From the NCBI GenBank assembly GCA_964462145.1, contig CAYWYB010000002.1, positions 1 to 47,979 of the forward strand: a stretch of 47,979 nt of DNA, in the 5' to 3' direction. Each line of letters opens with the position of its first letter. Position 1 is the stretch's first letter. The notes under the pieces were generated by a model that ran no database searches, had not been told where the DNA came from, and saw nothing but the letters and a program-made list of their open reading frames with translations. This DNA comes from an uncultured Rhodospirillaceae bacterium. GTDB taxonomy: Bacteria > Pseudomonadota > Alphaproteobacteria > GCA-2731375. This document shows, one piece after another, positions 1 to 9,992 of the stretch. The translations under genes were made by a program, and so were the position numbers.

Positions 1-38
1 AGCGGGCGGCTCGGCGTTCGATGACAATCGAAAATGGC

Positions 39-458
39 CTAGCCGCCCAGCACCGCCTGAGTCTGGGTTACCCGGGCCACCCGTTTTCCGGCATCATCGG
101 TCAGTTCCGTATCGAGCACGATGGTGCTGCGGCCAACATGCAGCGGCGTTGCCATGGCGAAGACATAACCATCACGAACGGCACGAAAGAAATTTGTCTT
201 GCTTTCGATGGTCGAGGTCGCCGTCGCGCCCTCGGGCAGGTTCAGAAAGGCCAAAAAGCCACCCAGGCTATCCGCCAGGGCCATGATGGCGCCGCCGTGC
301 AGAATACCGGCGGCCGTACAACGTTCCGGCGCCCACGCCATGCGGGCCCGGATGCCGTCGGGCGCGGCCGAATAGAACTCAATCCCAAGCGTCCCCACCA
401 GGGGCATGCGCGTCTGCAGGGTGTCCGTCAGATCCTGATCAATTTCGCTAGTGCTCAT
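39..458 (-). CDS. PaaI/hotdog-fold acyl-CoA thioesterase (139 aa)
   Basis: The translation has the typical PaaI-family core (GILHGGAIMALADSLGG, then a C-terminal beta-sheet region). Its start overlaps the stop of the upstream gene by 4 nt (ATGA). Confidence 0.8.
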   Translation of the reverse strand: MSTSEIDQDLTDTLQTRMPLVGTLGIEFYSAAPDGIRARMAWAPERCTAAGILHGGAIMALADSLGGFLAFLNLPEGATATSTIESKTNFFRAVRDGYVFAMATPLHVGRSTIVLDTELTDDAGKRVARVTQTQAVLGG

Positions 459-2497
459 GCCGCCGCCACTTCCACACGCGTGTCGTTGTAGCAGGCACCC
501 TCGGACAAATCGGCCTTGCTGGCCGGGGCCAGGGCGGAAACCGTCTGGCCATTGCTGGTCGTGCGCATCCAGGCGCCCTTGTATGACAGCAGCACACCCT
601 TGGCGACACTGTCGGTAATGCGAAGCGGCAGGAAGACCTCGCCCAGTTCGTTATGGACACGCACCTGCTGACCATCCGCCAGATTCCGGGTGGCGGCGTC
701 ATCGGGATGCATTTCCAGAAATGGTACCGGGTCGGACTTGGCCAGGCCGCCAAACATGGAATTGGTGCGCCAGTTGGACGACGGCGTAATCAAGGCAAAC
801 GGATAGGTAGCCTCCTTGTCCTCGTCCGCCGCCAAGGGTTGGAACAGGGGCAACGGGGCATCGAAGCTGTCCGTCAGGTAAGCCGACTTCAATTCGATCT
901 TGCCGCTTTTGGTCTTAGGCCGCCGCTCGAAGCCAATGCGCGGGCCCATCTCGGACATTGACAGCACGGTGGCGATGGGCAATTCGCTGGGCCGTCGCCC
1001 GCCCAGGCGGGGATCGGTACCGTCGATGGCATCATCCATCAACTCGGCGTCGCTGGCCTGAAAGATCGGATCGTTGAAGCCGAAACGGCGCGCCAGGCGG
1101 CGGAATATTTCCGTGTTCGGCAAGGCCTCGCCAACAGGCGCGATGACCGGCTCGGCACGCTGGAGATATTGCTGGCCATAGGCGCAAAAAATCTCGTCAT
1201 GCTCGAAATGGCTGGCCGCCGGCAATACGATATCGGCGTAGTCCGCAGAGTCCGTCTTGGCCACGTCGATAACCACGGTGAAAACATCTTCCCGCGCCAG
1301 ACCCCGGCGCATGGTGTTCTGATCCGGGTGCACCACCAGGGGATTATGGTTGTAGACCACCAGGCCGCGGATTGGCGGGTCGACGTCGTCATCGGCCAGA
1401 TGCCGGCCCACATCGAGGATATTCAGGGTCCGGGTGCCCTCCGGAATCAAATCCGGACGCTGTAGCTTTTGCATGGTCTTGGGGAACAGACTGCCCGAGC
1501 CGCCCACCAGGCCGCCGGCGGTGTCCTTGAATTTTCCGGTCAGGGCCGGCAGGGCGAATATGGCGCGGCAGCCCGAACCGCCGTTGCGGTTGCGCTCCAA
1601 GCCATTGCCCGCTGCTATTACCGCCGGCTCGGCCAGATGATACCATTCCGCCAGTTGTCTGATATCGTCAGCCGGAACGCCGGTAATCCCGGCCGCGCGT
1701 TCCAGGCTGTAGGGCCGCGCCTCGGCCATGAAATCCTCGGCGCCCTCGACCATATCGGCGATGAACTCCGTATCGAAAGCACCACGCCGCTCCAGCTCGG
1801 CCGCTAGGGCAAAGGCCAAAACAACGTCCGTGCCCGGGCGCGGTGCCAGATGCAGGTCCGCCTGCTCGGCAATCTTGATGCGCTTTGGGTCGACCACCAC
1901 GACCTTGCCGCCCCCATCGCGGATGCGCTGGATCACCGGGGCCAGATGCAGATTGGAGAATGTGACGTTGTTGCCCCAGACCACGATCAGCTTGGCACTT
2001 TCAACTTCCGTCATCTGGGCCCCGGCGATGGCGCCGAAAGTGCCCAGCCAGGCCTCGGTCTTGATGCCGCCGCACATGGGCCGGCGCGAGAGGATGGAAG
2101 CCCCCAATTGGTGGAAAAAGCGCAGATCCATGGAGCCCATGGCCAACAGGCCATGCGGGCCGGCATAATTCAGGGGCAAAATGGCTTCCGGCCCGTGTTC
2201 GGCGATGGCATCAGAAAAGTTTTCATGGATCAGATCCAGGGCTTGCGGCCAGGAAATCACCTCGAACTTGCCTTCGCCCTTGGCGCCGACACGGCGCAAC
2301 GGCTGGGTCAGTCGGTTATCGCCATGAACGAAATCGGGATACAACTTTGATACCTTGCCGCAGATCGCGCCCTCGGTCAGGGGATTGACGCGGGAACCAC
2401 GCACTTTTTCGATCCGCCCGGCGTCGTCAACCGTAACACTCAACGAGCAGGTATCAGGGCAATCAAGGGGGCAGACACTCGGCAATTCCACGCTCAT
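455..2497 (-). CDS. Cytoplasmic molybdopterin-dependent oxidoreductase (680 aa) with an N-terminal 4Fe-4S motif
   Basis: N-terminal motif CPLDCPDTCSLSV (a Cys-cluster motif of the MopB superfamily). The length and conserved blocks are typical of molybdopterin oxidoreductases. No signal or TAT peptide. Confidence 0.85.
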   Translation of the reverse strand: MSVELPSVCPLDCPDTCSLSVTVDDAGRIEKVRGSRVNPLTEGAICGKVSKLYPDFVHGDNRLTQPLRRVGAKGEGKFEVISWPQALDLIHENFSDAIAEHGPEAILPLNYAGPHGLLAMGSMDLRFFHQLGASILSRRPMCGGIKTEAWLGTFGAIAGAQMTEVESAKLIVVWGNNVTFSNLHLAPVIQRIRDGGGKVVVVDPKRIKIAEQADLHLAPRPGTDVVLAFALAAELERRGAFDTEFIADMVEGAEDFMAEARPYSLERAAGITGVPADDIRQLAEWYHLAEPAVIAAGNGLERNRNGGSGCRAIFALPALTGKFKDTAGGLVGGSGSLFPKTMQKLQRPDLIPEGTRTLNILDVGRHLADDDVDPPIRGLVVYNHNPLVVHPDQNTMRRGLAREDVFTVVIDVAKTDSADYADIVLPAASHFEHDEIFCAYGQQYLQRAEPVIAPVGEALPNTEIFRRLARRFGFNDPIFQASDAELMDDAIDGTDPRLGGRRPSELPIATVLSMSEMGPRIGFERRPKTKSGKIELKSAYLTDSFDAPLPLFQPLAADEDKEATYPFALITPSSNWRTNSMFGGLAKSDPVPFLEMHPDDAATRNLADGQQVRVHNELGEVFLPLRITDSVAKGVLLSYKGAWMRTTSNGQTVSALAPASKADLSEGACYNDTRVEVAAA

Positions 2498-2689
2498 CAG
2501 CCTATTCCTTCCTGCAGAATTCAGAACCTGAAAGATCAGCTAAAATTGGCAGGAATAAAAGGGCCATTTTCAACAAATTCATAGGGCCAATAAAATGCCA
2601 AAAAATATGCCGCCTGCGACAATGTAGCACTGGACGAGCGGGGCTTGGTTTGGGACACCTCGGACAGGATTTTAGCCAAGGAAATTGCC

Positions 2690-3256
2690 ATGAGTCATCC
2701 CATCAGCCGCTATCCGGTTCCCGAAATCAACGATCTGCCCGAGGACATCAAGGAGATGGCCCTGGGCATTCAGGAAAAGATCGGCTTCGTGCCCAATGTC
2801 TTTTTGGCGCTGGCCCACCGTCCGGAGGAATTCCGCGCCTTTTTTGCCTATCACGATGCCCTGATGGAGAAAGACAGCGGCGTCTCCAAGGCAGACCGCG
2901 AGATGATCGTGGTCGCCACGTCCGCCGACAACGGCTGCCAATATTGCGTCATGGCCCATGGCGCCATTCTGCGGATCAGAGCCAAGAACCCGCTGTTGGC
3001 CGATCAGGTCGCGGTTAACTACCGCAAGGCCGATATCACGCCGCGGCAGATGGCGATGCTGGACTTCGCCATGAAAGTCTCTAACGACAGCAAATCGATC
3101 TGTGACGAAGACTTCGAGATCCTGCACAGCCATGATTTCTCGGACGAAGACATCTGGGACATCGCTGCCATCACAGGCTTTTTCGGCCTTTCCAACCGCA
3201 TGGCCAGCTTCACCAGCATGCGCCCCAACGATGAATTCTTCGCTATGGGGCGCTGA
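2690..3256 (+). CDS. AhpD-like / carboxymuconolactone decarboxylase family peroxidase-related protein
   Basis: CxxC-containing core (NGCQYCVMAHG) typical of AhpD-fold proteins. I place the start at the ATG at 2690 (MSHPISRY) rather than at the TTG-extended ORF at 2645. Confidence 0.8.
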   Translation: MSHPISRYPVPEINDLPEDIKEMALGIQEKIGFVPNVFLALAHRPEEFRAFFAYHDALMEKDSGVSKADREMIVVATSADNGCQYCVMAHGAILRIRAKNPLLADQVAVNYRKADITPRQMAMLDFAMKVSNDSKSICDEDFEILHSHDFSDEDIWDIAAITGFFGLSNRMASFTSMRPNDEFFAMGR

Positions 3257-3265
3257 ACGGCACGG

Positions 3266-3520
3266 CTAAAGCTTGCCGTACAGCGTGAACAGCCGTTCCC
3301 AGTGGCGTTCGGCGGCCGGTTTGTCGTAGACCTTCCGGCCGGGGAAGGCGAAACCGTGATGCACGCCCGGATGCACCGTCAACTCACCCGGTGATCCCGC
3401 CGCCGCCCCTATTTCGCGCTCGGTATATGGAAAACCCCAATTCAATGGCATACTGGCCGCAACAAGAATTTGGGAGGATGGGCGCATGGGACATACGGAT
3501 GACTGGCTGGCACTAACCAC
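3266..3520 (-). pseudogene. C-terminal remnant of a dienelactone hydrolase family gene
   Basis: Only about 70 aa resemble the C-terminus of a dienelactone hydrolase (HPGVHHGFAF...AAERHWERLF, carrying the catalytic His region). The roughly 150 aa N-terminal part with the nucleophile is absent. The ORF runs into the oppositely oriented amidohydrolase gene. Confidence 0.5.
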
Positions 3521-4529
3521 GGAAGAAACCCTGGAGCCGGATTTGCCGATCTGTGACCCGCATCATCATTTGTGGGATGCGGGATTTGATCCTTCCGCCA
3601 AGTTCCGCACCGAGCAGGTGGAAACCCGCTATCTGTTCCACGAAATGCTGGCGGAGGTGAACAGCGGCCACAACGTCACCTCGACGGTGTTTATCGAATG
3701 CGGCTCCATGTACCGGGGCGACGGGCCGCGCCATATGAAACCCGTGGGCGAGACCGAATTCGTCAACGGCATCGCCGCCATGAGTGCCTCGGGCCAGTAC
3801 GGCGACTGCCGCATCGCCGCCGGCATCGTCGGTCTGGCGGATCTAAACCTGGGCGCCGGCGTAAAAGAGGTGCTGGAAGCGCATATCGCCTGTGGAGCTG
3901 GGCGCTTTCGCGGCATCCGTCATGCGGCCTCCTGGGATGCCTCGGACGAGATCCGCAATTCCCATACCCGGCCGACGCAGCACATGATGGCGGACGCTAC
4001 CTTCCGTGAAGGCTTTGCCCAGTTGGCACCCCTGAACATGAGCTTCGAGGCCTGGTGCTATCACCCGCAAATTTCAGAGGTCACGGATCTGGCCCGCGCT
4101 TTTCCCGATACCACTATGATCCTGAACCATTTCGGCGGCCCCATTGGCACCGGGCCATATGCGGGCAAGCGGGACGAGATCACGGCGCAATGGAAGCTGG
4201 ATGTCGCCGAACTGGCGAAATGCCCCAACGTGGTGGCCAAACTGGGCGGCATCAACATGAAGATCAATGGCTATGACTGGGATCTGCAAAGCCGGCCGCC
4301 ATCCAGCGAGGAACTGGCAGCGGCGACGCGGGTCTATTACGACCATTGCATCGAACATTTCGGGGTCGAGCGTTGCATGTTCGAATCCAATTTCCCGGTC
4401 GATAAACGGACCTGCAGCTATCATGTGCTGTGGAACACCTTCAAGCGCATCGCATCGGGCTGTTCGCCGGCGGAAAAAGCCGCGCTGTTCCATGATACCG
4501 CCGCGCGGGTCTACCGCATCGACGCCTGA
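3486..4529 (+). CDS. Amidohydrolase-2 family metal-dependent hydrolase (347 aa)
   Basis: N-terminal ICDPHHHLWD metal-binding motif of the amidohydrolase_2 (TIM-barrel) family. A GGAGG Shine-Dalgarno sequence lies 7 nt upstream. Confidence 0.8.
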   Translation: MGHTDDWLALTTEETLEPDLPICDPHHHLWDAGFDPSAKFRTEQVETRYLFHEMLAEVNSGHNVTSTVFIECGSMYRGDGPRHMKPVGETEFVNGIAAMSASGQYGDCRIAAGIVGLADLNLGAGVKEVLEAHIACGAGRFRGIRHAASWDASDEIRNSHTRPTQHMMADATFREGFAQLAPLNMSFEAWCYHPQISEVTDLARAFPDTTMILNHFGGPIGTGPYAGKRDEITAQWKLDVAELAKCPNVVAKLGGINMKINGYDWDLQSRPPSSEELAAATRVYYDHCIEHFGVERCMFESNFPVDKRTCSYHVLWNTFKRIASGCSPAEKAALFHDTAARVYRIDA

Positions 4530-4556
4530 TCAAGTTACACAGAGTAGGACGAGACA

Positions 4557-5441
4557 ATGACCGAGAAAATCGCCGTCATCGGCATGGGGCAGATGGGCTC
4601 TGCCATGGCCAGCCGCCTGAGCGAGGCCCAATACGACGTCATGGGCTATGACATCAATGAGGCCACGCGCCAGGCCCTGGAGGCGCAGGGTGTCAACATG
4701 GCCGACAGCCTGGCCGCCGCCCTGGCGGGCCGGACCACTGTCCTGACCTCCCTGCCCGATCCGGCGGCGGTGAAAGGTGCGTGGCTGGGCGACGGCGGCA
4801 TCATCGCCCTAGCGGAAGTAGGCAGCATGCTGATCGAATTGAGTACCATTGACCCCGATTGCATGAAGGAGGTTGGTGCCGCGGCGGCCGCCAAGGATCT
4901 GGCCGTGCTCGACTGCCCCGTCAGCGGCAGCCCGAACGAGGCCGGCACCGGCAAGCTGGTTCTATTGGTCGGCGGCGAGGCCCCGACGTTGGAGCGAGCC
5001 GAGCCCCTATTCGATTTGCTGGGGCAGACCTGGCAGCATACGGGCGCCGTGGGCACGGCCAAGGTTGTCAAGCTGGTCAACAACATGATGTCCATGGGCA
5101 ACGTGCTGGTGGCCTCCGAAGCCTTCGCCCTGGGGGTCGCCGCCGGCGTCGAGCCGCAAAAGCTGTTCGATGTGATTTCGGTCAGCGGCGGCCGTTCGCA
5201 CCATTTCACCAAACGCTTCCCCAACGCCCTGGCCGAGGATTTCGCCCCCGGTTTCAAGATGGAACTGGGCGAAAAGGATCTCTCCCTTGGCGTCGACCTG
5301 GGCCGGGCCATGAAAATGCCCACTCCGGCAGCATCCCTGGCCCGCGAGATGTACGCCCTGGCCGTGGCGGAAGGCTACAAGGGCCAGGATATCGTCGCCC
5401 TGATGGACATGTACCGGCAATGGGCAAATAGCCGGGAATAG
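4557..5441 (+). CDS. NAD(P)-dependent beta-hydroxyacid dehydrogenase (3-hydroxyisobutyrate dehydrogenase family)
   Basis: Rossmann motif IAVIGMGQMGSAMA, the central KVVKLVNNMM block and a C-terminal 6PGDH-like helical domain. It lies 27 nt downstream of the amidohydrolase, so it is probably in the same operon. Confidence 0.85.
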   Translation: MTEKIAVIGMGQMGSAMASRLSEAQYDVMGYDINEATRQALEAQGVNMADSLAAALAGRTTVLTSLPDPAAVKGAWLGDGGIIALAEVGSMLIELSTIDPDCMKEVGAAAAAKDLAVLDCPVSGSPNEAGTGKLVLLVGGEAPTLERAEPLFDLLGQTWQHTGAVGTAKVVKLVNNMMSMGNVLVASEAFALGVAAGVEPQKLFDVISVSGGRSHHFTKRFPNALAEDFAPGFKMELGEKDLSLGVDLGRAMKMPTPAASLAREMYALAVAEGYKGQDIVALMDMYRQWANSRE

Positions 5442-5566
5442 GTACGGGAAGTGCACGAAAGAGTGAGGCAAGAACGCTTGGAAGACTTTGTTGACTTTGC
5501 GCCCGCTAGCGCAATATCAGGGTAACACACGGATTCTTGTCACAAATGGTCACGGCGGGAATGTGC

Positions 5567-6463
5567 ATGAAATATATTTTGGTTTTTTTGCTGGCCTGCA
5601 TTGGTTTAATTGTCGGCACCGACCGAGCCGATGCCGATGATGGGGATCGCTACCTCTATATTTATAATGCACCCGAATCCGCCACCGACCGGCGCTACGA
5701 CTATCAGTGGGAAATTCTGCGGACGGCCTTGGAAAAAACCAAGGGGAAATACGGCGCATACAAACTGCAGCCATCCGCGCCCATGAGCGAAAAGCGCCAG
5801 ACGATCGAGTTGACCAAGGGGTCCGGCGCACTCACCGTGATGCATTTGGGAACGACGCCGGAGTTTGAAAGAGACTTGCTGCCGATCCGCATTCCCGTCG
5901 ACAAGAATCTGTCGGGATACATGGTTTATCTGATCCGCCAGGAAGACCAGGCCAAGTTCAGCGCCGTACAAACCCTTGATGATCTGCGCAGATTCTCAAT
6001 CGGCCAGGGGCTTGGCTGGATTGATGTGGATATTCTGCAGCACAACGACTTCGACGTTGTGACCGGTTCCGATTATGACGGCCTCTTCCACATGCTTCTG
6101 GCGAAACGATTTGATGCCTTTCAACGATCGGCGGCGGAAATCATTGACGAGTTTGAGCAACGAAAAGACAAAATGCCCGACCTGCATATCGAGCAGGACA
6201 TTCTTTTTTACTATCCTCTGCCGATGTACTTTTGGTTTTCCAAATCAGAACAAGGTGAACGCATTGCCGCCCGCGCACGGGAAGGCATGATGGCAATGAT
6301 CGAAGATGGCACCTACGACGCCATATTCAGCAAGTACAACGAATACAAGATTGATCGCCTGCACCTGAGACAACGGCGCTTGTTCAAGATTGAAAACCCG
6401 CTGCTTGTGCCCGAGACCCCCTTTGGTGACAAACGGCTGTGGTTTGACCCCCTAAAAGATTGA
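5567..6463 (+). CDS. Secreted protein with a periplasmic solute-binding-like (family 3) fold, function unknown
   Basis: Signal peptide MKYILVFLLACIGLIVG. Overall resemblance to type-3 SBP-like orphan proteins. Codon usage is noticeably AT-richer than in the neighbouring genes. The start is uncertain (5561 or 5567). Confidence 0.5.
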   Translation: MKYILVFLLACIGLIVGTDRADADDGDRYLYIYNAPESATDRRYDYQWEILRTALEKTKGKYGAYKLQPSAPMSEKRQTIELTKGSGALTVMHLGTTPEFERDLLPIRIPVDKNLSGYMVYLIRQEDQAKFSAVQTLDDLRRFSIGQGLGWIDVDILQHNDFDVVTGSDYDGLFHMLLAKRFDAFQRSAAEIIDEFEQRKDKMPDLHIEQDILFYYPLPMYFWFSKSEQGERIAARAREGMMAMIEDGTYDAIFSKYNEYKIDRLHLRQRRLFKIENPLLVPETPFGDKRLWFDPLKD

Positions 6464-6514
6464 CTTGATGGCGAAATGCCCAGTTCTGGCCACGGACGAC
6501 CGCCGACAGGCAGC

Positions 6515-7321
6515 CTAACTATTCAAACCATCCAGGAATGCCCGCAGTGTCTGGCTGCACGCCCCGGCATGGGAAAACGGCAGACCGTGCTTGGCGTGGG
6601 GGAATATGTGCATTTGCGCATTGGGCAGCCGGTCGTACAGATCGGCCATAGTGGGCACATCGATAAAGGGCGAGGAATCCGGATGCATCAACAACGTCGG
6701 CACCGCCATATCAGCCAACCTTGCGCTTAGATCCGTGCCCACCAGGGCCGCCAACAGGGCCAGAACAGTGCCCGGATCAGCACTGGCCTGCTGGGCCCGG
6801 TACCAGGCGGCCATATCCTCGGACAGGGCGCCGGGGAAAAAGCGATGCTCCATCATGCGATCGGACCAGGCCCCCATGCCCTCCCCCGCACCGCCAATCA
6901 TGTCATGCCAGAAATCCAGATTCCGGATGCCGCCGCCCACATGGGCGCCGTTACTGACCGTCAGGCTGGACAGACGTTCGGGATGCTCAATCGCGGTTTG
7001 CAGGGCCACGGTGCCACCGACGGACTCGCCTACCAGATGGAACTTGGCGCAATCCACCGCATCCGCCAGGGCGATTGTATCCCGCACCATGTCCTTGATC
7101 GAAATCTCGTCGTCGCCGGGTTGTGAGGCGCCATGGCCTGGCAGATCGAACGCCACCAGGCGGTAGCGATCCTGCAAGGCCGCCGCCCAGCCCAGCCAGC
7201 ACCGCCAATTAGCGCCCACGCCATGGTGAAACAGGATGGTTTCCGGCGCCTCGACCCAGGGCGCCGTCAGATCAATGATTTCATAGTGCAGATTGTGTCC
7301 GCCGCTCTTCAGCTCTGGCAT
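6515..7321 (-). CDS. Alpha/beta hydrolase (268 aa)
   Basis: HHGVG oxyanion region, nucleophile elbow GESVGG and a C-terminal His (HAKHGLP). It resembles enol-lactonases and esterases. Confidence 0.85.
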   Translation of the reverse strand: MPELKSGGHNLHYEIIDLTAPWVEAPETILFHHGVGANWRCWLGWAAALQDRYRLVAFDLPGHGASQPGDDEISIKDMVRDTIALADAVDCAKFHLVGESVGGTVALQTAIEHPERLSSLTVSNGAHVGGGIRNLDFWHDMIGGAGEGMGAWSDRMMEHRFFPGALSEDMAAWYRAQQASADPGTVLALLAALVGTDLSARLADMAVPTLLMHPDSSPFIDVPTMADLYDRLPNAQMHIFPHAKHGLPFSHAGACSQTLRAFLDGLNS

Positions 7322-7323
7322 GG

Positions 7324-8214
7324 TTATCCTCCTGCCCGCATGGGCAGATCGTGATTATTGGCCCATTCCGAAAGAGAATTGTCATAGATAGCCGCGTTTT
7401 CGTGCCCCAGCAGGGCCAGGGCAAAGGTATCCACCGTGGCCGCGACGCCGCCGCCGCAATAGGCCAGGACCTGCTGTTCCATGCCGACGCCGGATGCCGC
7501 GAACCTCGCGCGCAGGCCGGCAGCATCAAGAAATGTACCATCGCCGGGGTCCACAAGATCCAGAGCCGGCAGACAGACGCTGCCCGCGATGCCGCCGGGC
7601 CGGCCATAGTGGCGCTCCGACGTCCCTTCATGCTGCTCCCGCGCCAGAGCGTTGACCACCACGGCATCGCGGTCATCCAACGCCGCCAGAACCGCGCCGC
7701 TGTCCACGATCAGCCCTGGCCGCGCCTGGGCGCTGAAGCTGGTAGGGGGATAACGGCAATCGTCTTCCGTACTGACCGCGCGCGCCTCGGCCCGCCACTT
7801 TTGCCAACCGCCGTTCAAAATCGCGGCGTTTTCGAAGCCAAAGGCATACAGCATCCACCACACCCGCGTGGCCCAGGACACCGCGCCCGTGCTGTACAAG
7901 ACAACTCGGCTGTCATCGCCAATACCGCGCGCGGCCACGGCGGCCGCGAAGTCTTCGGCGCTGGGCGTGGTGAAACGAAATGCGCCGGCGGGGTCAGACA
8001 GCTCCGCCTGCAAATCCAGATAACCCGCGCCGGGGATATGCCCCGCCTGGTAGTCCGACAGCGCACTTTCGGCCCGCAGCGTACCGTCCGCATTTGGCAC
8101 CAGATGGGTGGTGCAATCGAACACCCGCACCTTTGGATCAGTCAGGTGATCCGCCAACCAGTCCGTTTCCACCAGAAATTCCGGCCGCGCATATTCGCTC
8201 CCAGATCCACTCAT
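7324..8214 (-). CDS. Tandem-rhodanese sulfurtransferase (thiosulfate/3-mercaptopyruvate type)
   Basis: Two rhodanese domains with the active-site loop YCGGGVAAT in the second. An AAGGAGG Shine-Dalgarno sequence lies 7 nt upstream of the ATG at 8214. The gene ends 2 nt before the start of the hydrolase gene. Confidence 0.85.
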   Translation of the reverse strand: MSGSGSEYARPEFLVETDWLADHLTDPKVRVFDCTTHLVPNADGTLRAESALSDYQAGHIPGAGYLDLQAELSDPAGAFRFTTPSAEDFAAAVAARGIGDDSRVVLYSTGAVSWATRVWWMLYAFGFENAAILNGGWQKWRAEARAVSTEDDCRYPPTSFSAQARPGLIVDSGAVLAALDDRDAVVVNALAREQHEGTSERHYGRPGGIAGSVCLPALDLVDPGDGTFLDAAGLRARFAASGVGMEQQVLAYCGGGVAATVDTFALALLGHENAAIYDNSLSEWANNHDLPMRAGG

Positions 8215-8279
8215 ACTCTCGCCTCCTTGGCCATTTGCCCTTAGCATAGGGCAAACTATCAATGAGGCGAGAGTTGAAC

Positions 8280-9257
8280 ATGAAAATCTGTGTTATTGGC
8301 GCCGGCGCCATGGGCGGCCTGTACGGCGGTCACTTGTTACTGGCCGGCAAGGACGTGCAATTTATTGAAATCCGCCAGGCAGCGGTCGATGCCCTGAACA
8401 ACGGCAGCTACATCTTTGACGGCATTGATGGCGAGCACCGCCTGAAGGCGTCAGCCGCGACCTCCGCCGATGGCCTGCCCGCCGCCGATATCGCCTTCAT
8501 CCATACGGATACCAACAATACCCAGGCGGCCGGCGAACATGCCAAGGCGGTGCTGAAGCCCGAAGGCTGGGCCGTGACCTTTCAAAACGGCGTCGGCAAT
8601 GTGGAAACCTTGTGTGAAATTCTGGGGCCCGAACGGGTGGTCGGCGGTATCAGCTATCACTCCGCCGCCTCGCCCAAGGCGGGCCACGCCACCCATACCA
8701 ATGCCAACAAGACCTGGATTGGCGAATTGCCCGGCGGCGGCAGCGCCCGGGTAGAACAATTGCGCGATCTGCTGGCGGAGGCGAATTTCGACCCGCATAT
8801 CGCCGACGATATCCAATCGGTAATCTGGACCAAGTTCATGCTGAACTGCGCCGTCAATCCGATGTGCGCCATAACCGGTTTACGCTCGGGCGAGGTCGGT
8901 TCGGATGCGGCGGCGGCTGAGATGCAGGAGCTGATCCTGGATGAAACCCTGGCCGTGATCGCCGCCAAGGGCATCACCTTGATGGACCCGGACCCCAAGG
9001 CATCCATAAAGCGTATCCTGGGCCGGGCCTTTAACAAGCCATCGATGCTACAGCATATGGAAGCAGGCCAGCGAACCGAGATCGATAGCCTGAACGGCGC
9101 CGTGGTCCGCGAAGGCGCAGCCTTGGGCATTCCCACGCCCTACAATCATGCCCTGACCATGCTGATCAAAGCCCGCAATGCCAACATGGTCCGGCAAATG
9201 CACGAACCGCCCATTGATTACGCGGCCCTGGAAGCGGCCCTACAGGCGGAACAATAG
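8280..9257 (+). CDS. 2-dehydropantoate 2-reductase (ApbA/PanE) family oxidoreductase
   Basis: N-terminal MKICVIGAGAMGGLYGG dinucleotide fold and the C-terminal ApbA_C-type helical domain (PSMLQHMEAGQRTEID). Confidence 0.8.
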   Translation: MKICVIGAGAMGGLYGGHLLLAGKDVQFIEIRQAAVDALNNGSYIFDGIDGEHRLKASAATSADGLPAADIAFIHTDTNNTQAAGEHAKAVLKPEGWAVTFQNGVGNVETLCEILGPERVVGGISYHSAASPKAGHATHTNANKTWIGELPGGGSARVEQLRDLLAEANFDPHIADDIQSVIWTKFMLNCAVNPMCAITGLRSGEVGSDAAAAEMQELILDETLAVIAAKGITLMDPDPKASIKRILGRAFNKPSMLQHMEAGQRTEIDSLNGAVVREGAALGIPTPYNHALTMLIKARNANMVRQMHEPPIDYAALEAALQAEQ

Positions 9258-9261
9258 CAGT

Positions 9262-9966
9262 ATGGGAAAATTCGTGTACAAAGACGAAGCCGGCGAATTC
9301 ACCGCCTATCTTGAACCCGGCGCAACGGTCGAGAGCAGCCATCCCGATATCGTGGCATTCGCCGAAACAGCCGCCGGCGATGCCGCATCGCCAAAGGAGG
9401 CTGCCGTAAATCTGTATTACGCGGTACGGGATCAGATCCGCTACAACCCCTATATCTCGGCCATTGAGGTCGAGGCGTTCCGCGCCACCACAACCCTGAC
9501 CGCCAAGGAAGGCTATTGCGTGGCCAAGGCGATCCTACTGGCGGCGGTCTGCCGGGCCAAGGGCATACCAGCGCGGCTTGGATTTGCCGATGTGCGCAAT
9601 CATTTATCGACGGAGAAAATGCGCCAGCGCATGCAGACCGATCAGTTCTATTGGCATGGCTACACGGACATCTATCTGGATGGCAAATGGGTCAAGGCGA
9701 CGCCGGCCTTCAATGTGGAGCTATGTGAAAAATTCGGACTGCGCCCTCTTGAGTTCGACGGCGAGGAAGATTCCATCTACCACCCCTTTGATGTCGCCGG
9801 CAGTCGGCATATGGAGTATTTGAAATTCCGTGGCGAATTCGCCGAACCGCCCTTGGAGCAGATCCATGCGACCTTCGTCCGCGAATATGCCCATTGGCGC
9901 AACAGAACCACCGAACCCATCGGCGATTTCGAAGCCGAAGTCGAAGAAGATTTGGGCGCGAGATAA
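9262..9966 (+). CDS. Transglutaminase-like cysteine peptidase superfamily protein (234 aa)
   Basis: Cys motif EGYCVAKAILLAAVCRAKGIPAR, followed by WHGYTDIYLDGKW (His) as in the transglutaminase core. It starts 4 nt after the stop of the upstream reductase gene. Confidence 0.8.
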   Translation: MGKFVYKDEAGEFTAYLEPGATVESSHPDIVAFAETAAGDAASPKEAAVNLYYAVRDQIRYNPYISAIEVEAFRATTTLTAKEGYCVAKAILLAAVCRAKGIPARLGFADVRNHLSTEKMRQRMQTDQFYWHGYTDIYLDGKWVKATPAFNVELCEKFGLRPLEFDGEEDSIYHPFDVAGSRHMEYLKFRGEFAEPPLEQIHATFVREYAHWRNRTTEPIGDFEAEVEEDLGAR

Positions 9967-9992
9967 AGAACCCGGCCAAGGATGGCGAACAC

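Noticed and set aside
9894-9992. An upstream extension of the first ATP-grasp ORF (start at 9894), which would overlap the transglutaminase-like gene by 73 nt.
   Set aside because: The extension translates to an Arg/Ser-rich low-complexity peptide in an alternative frame of the TGase 3' end. The ATP-grasp homology begins after the ATG at 9993.
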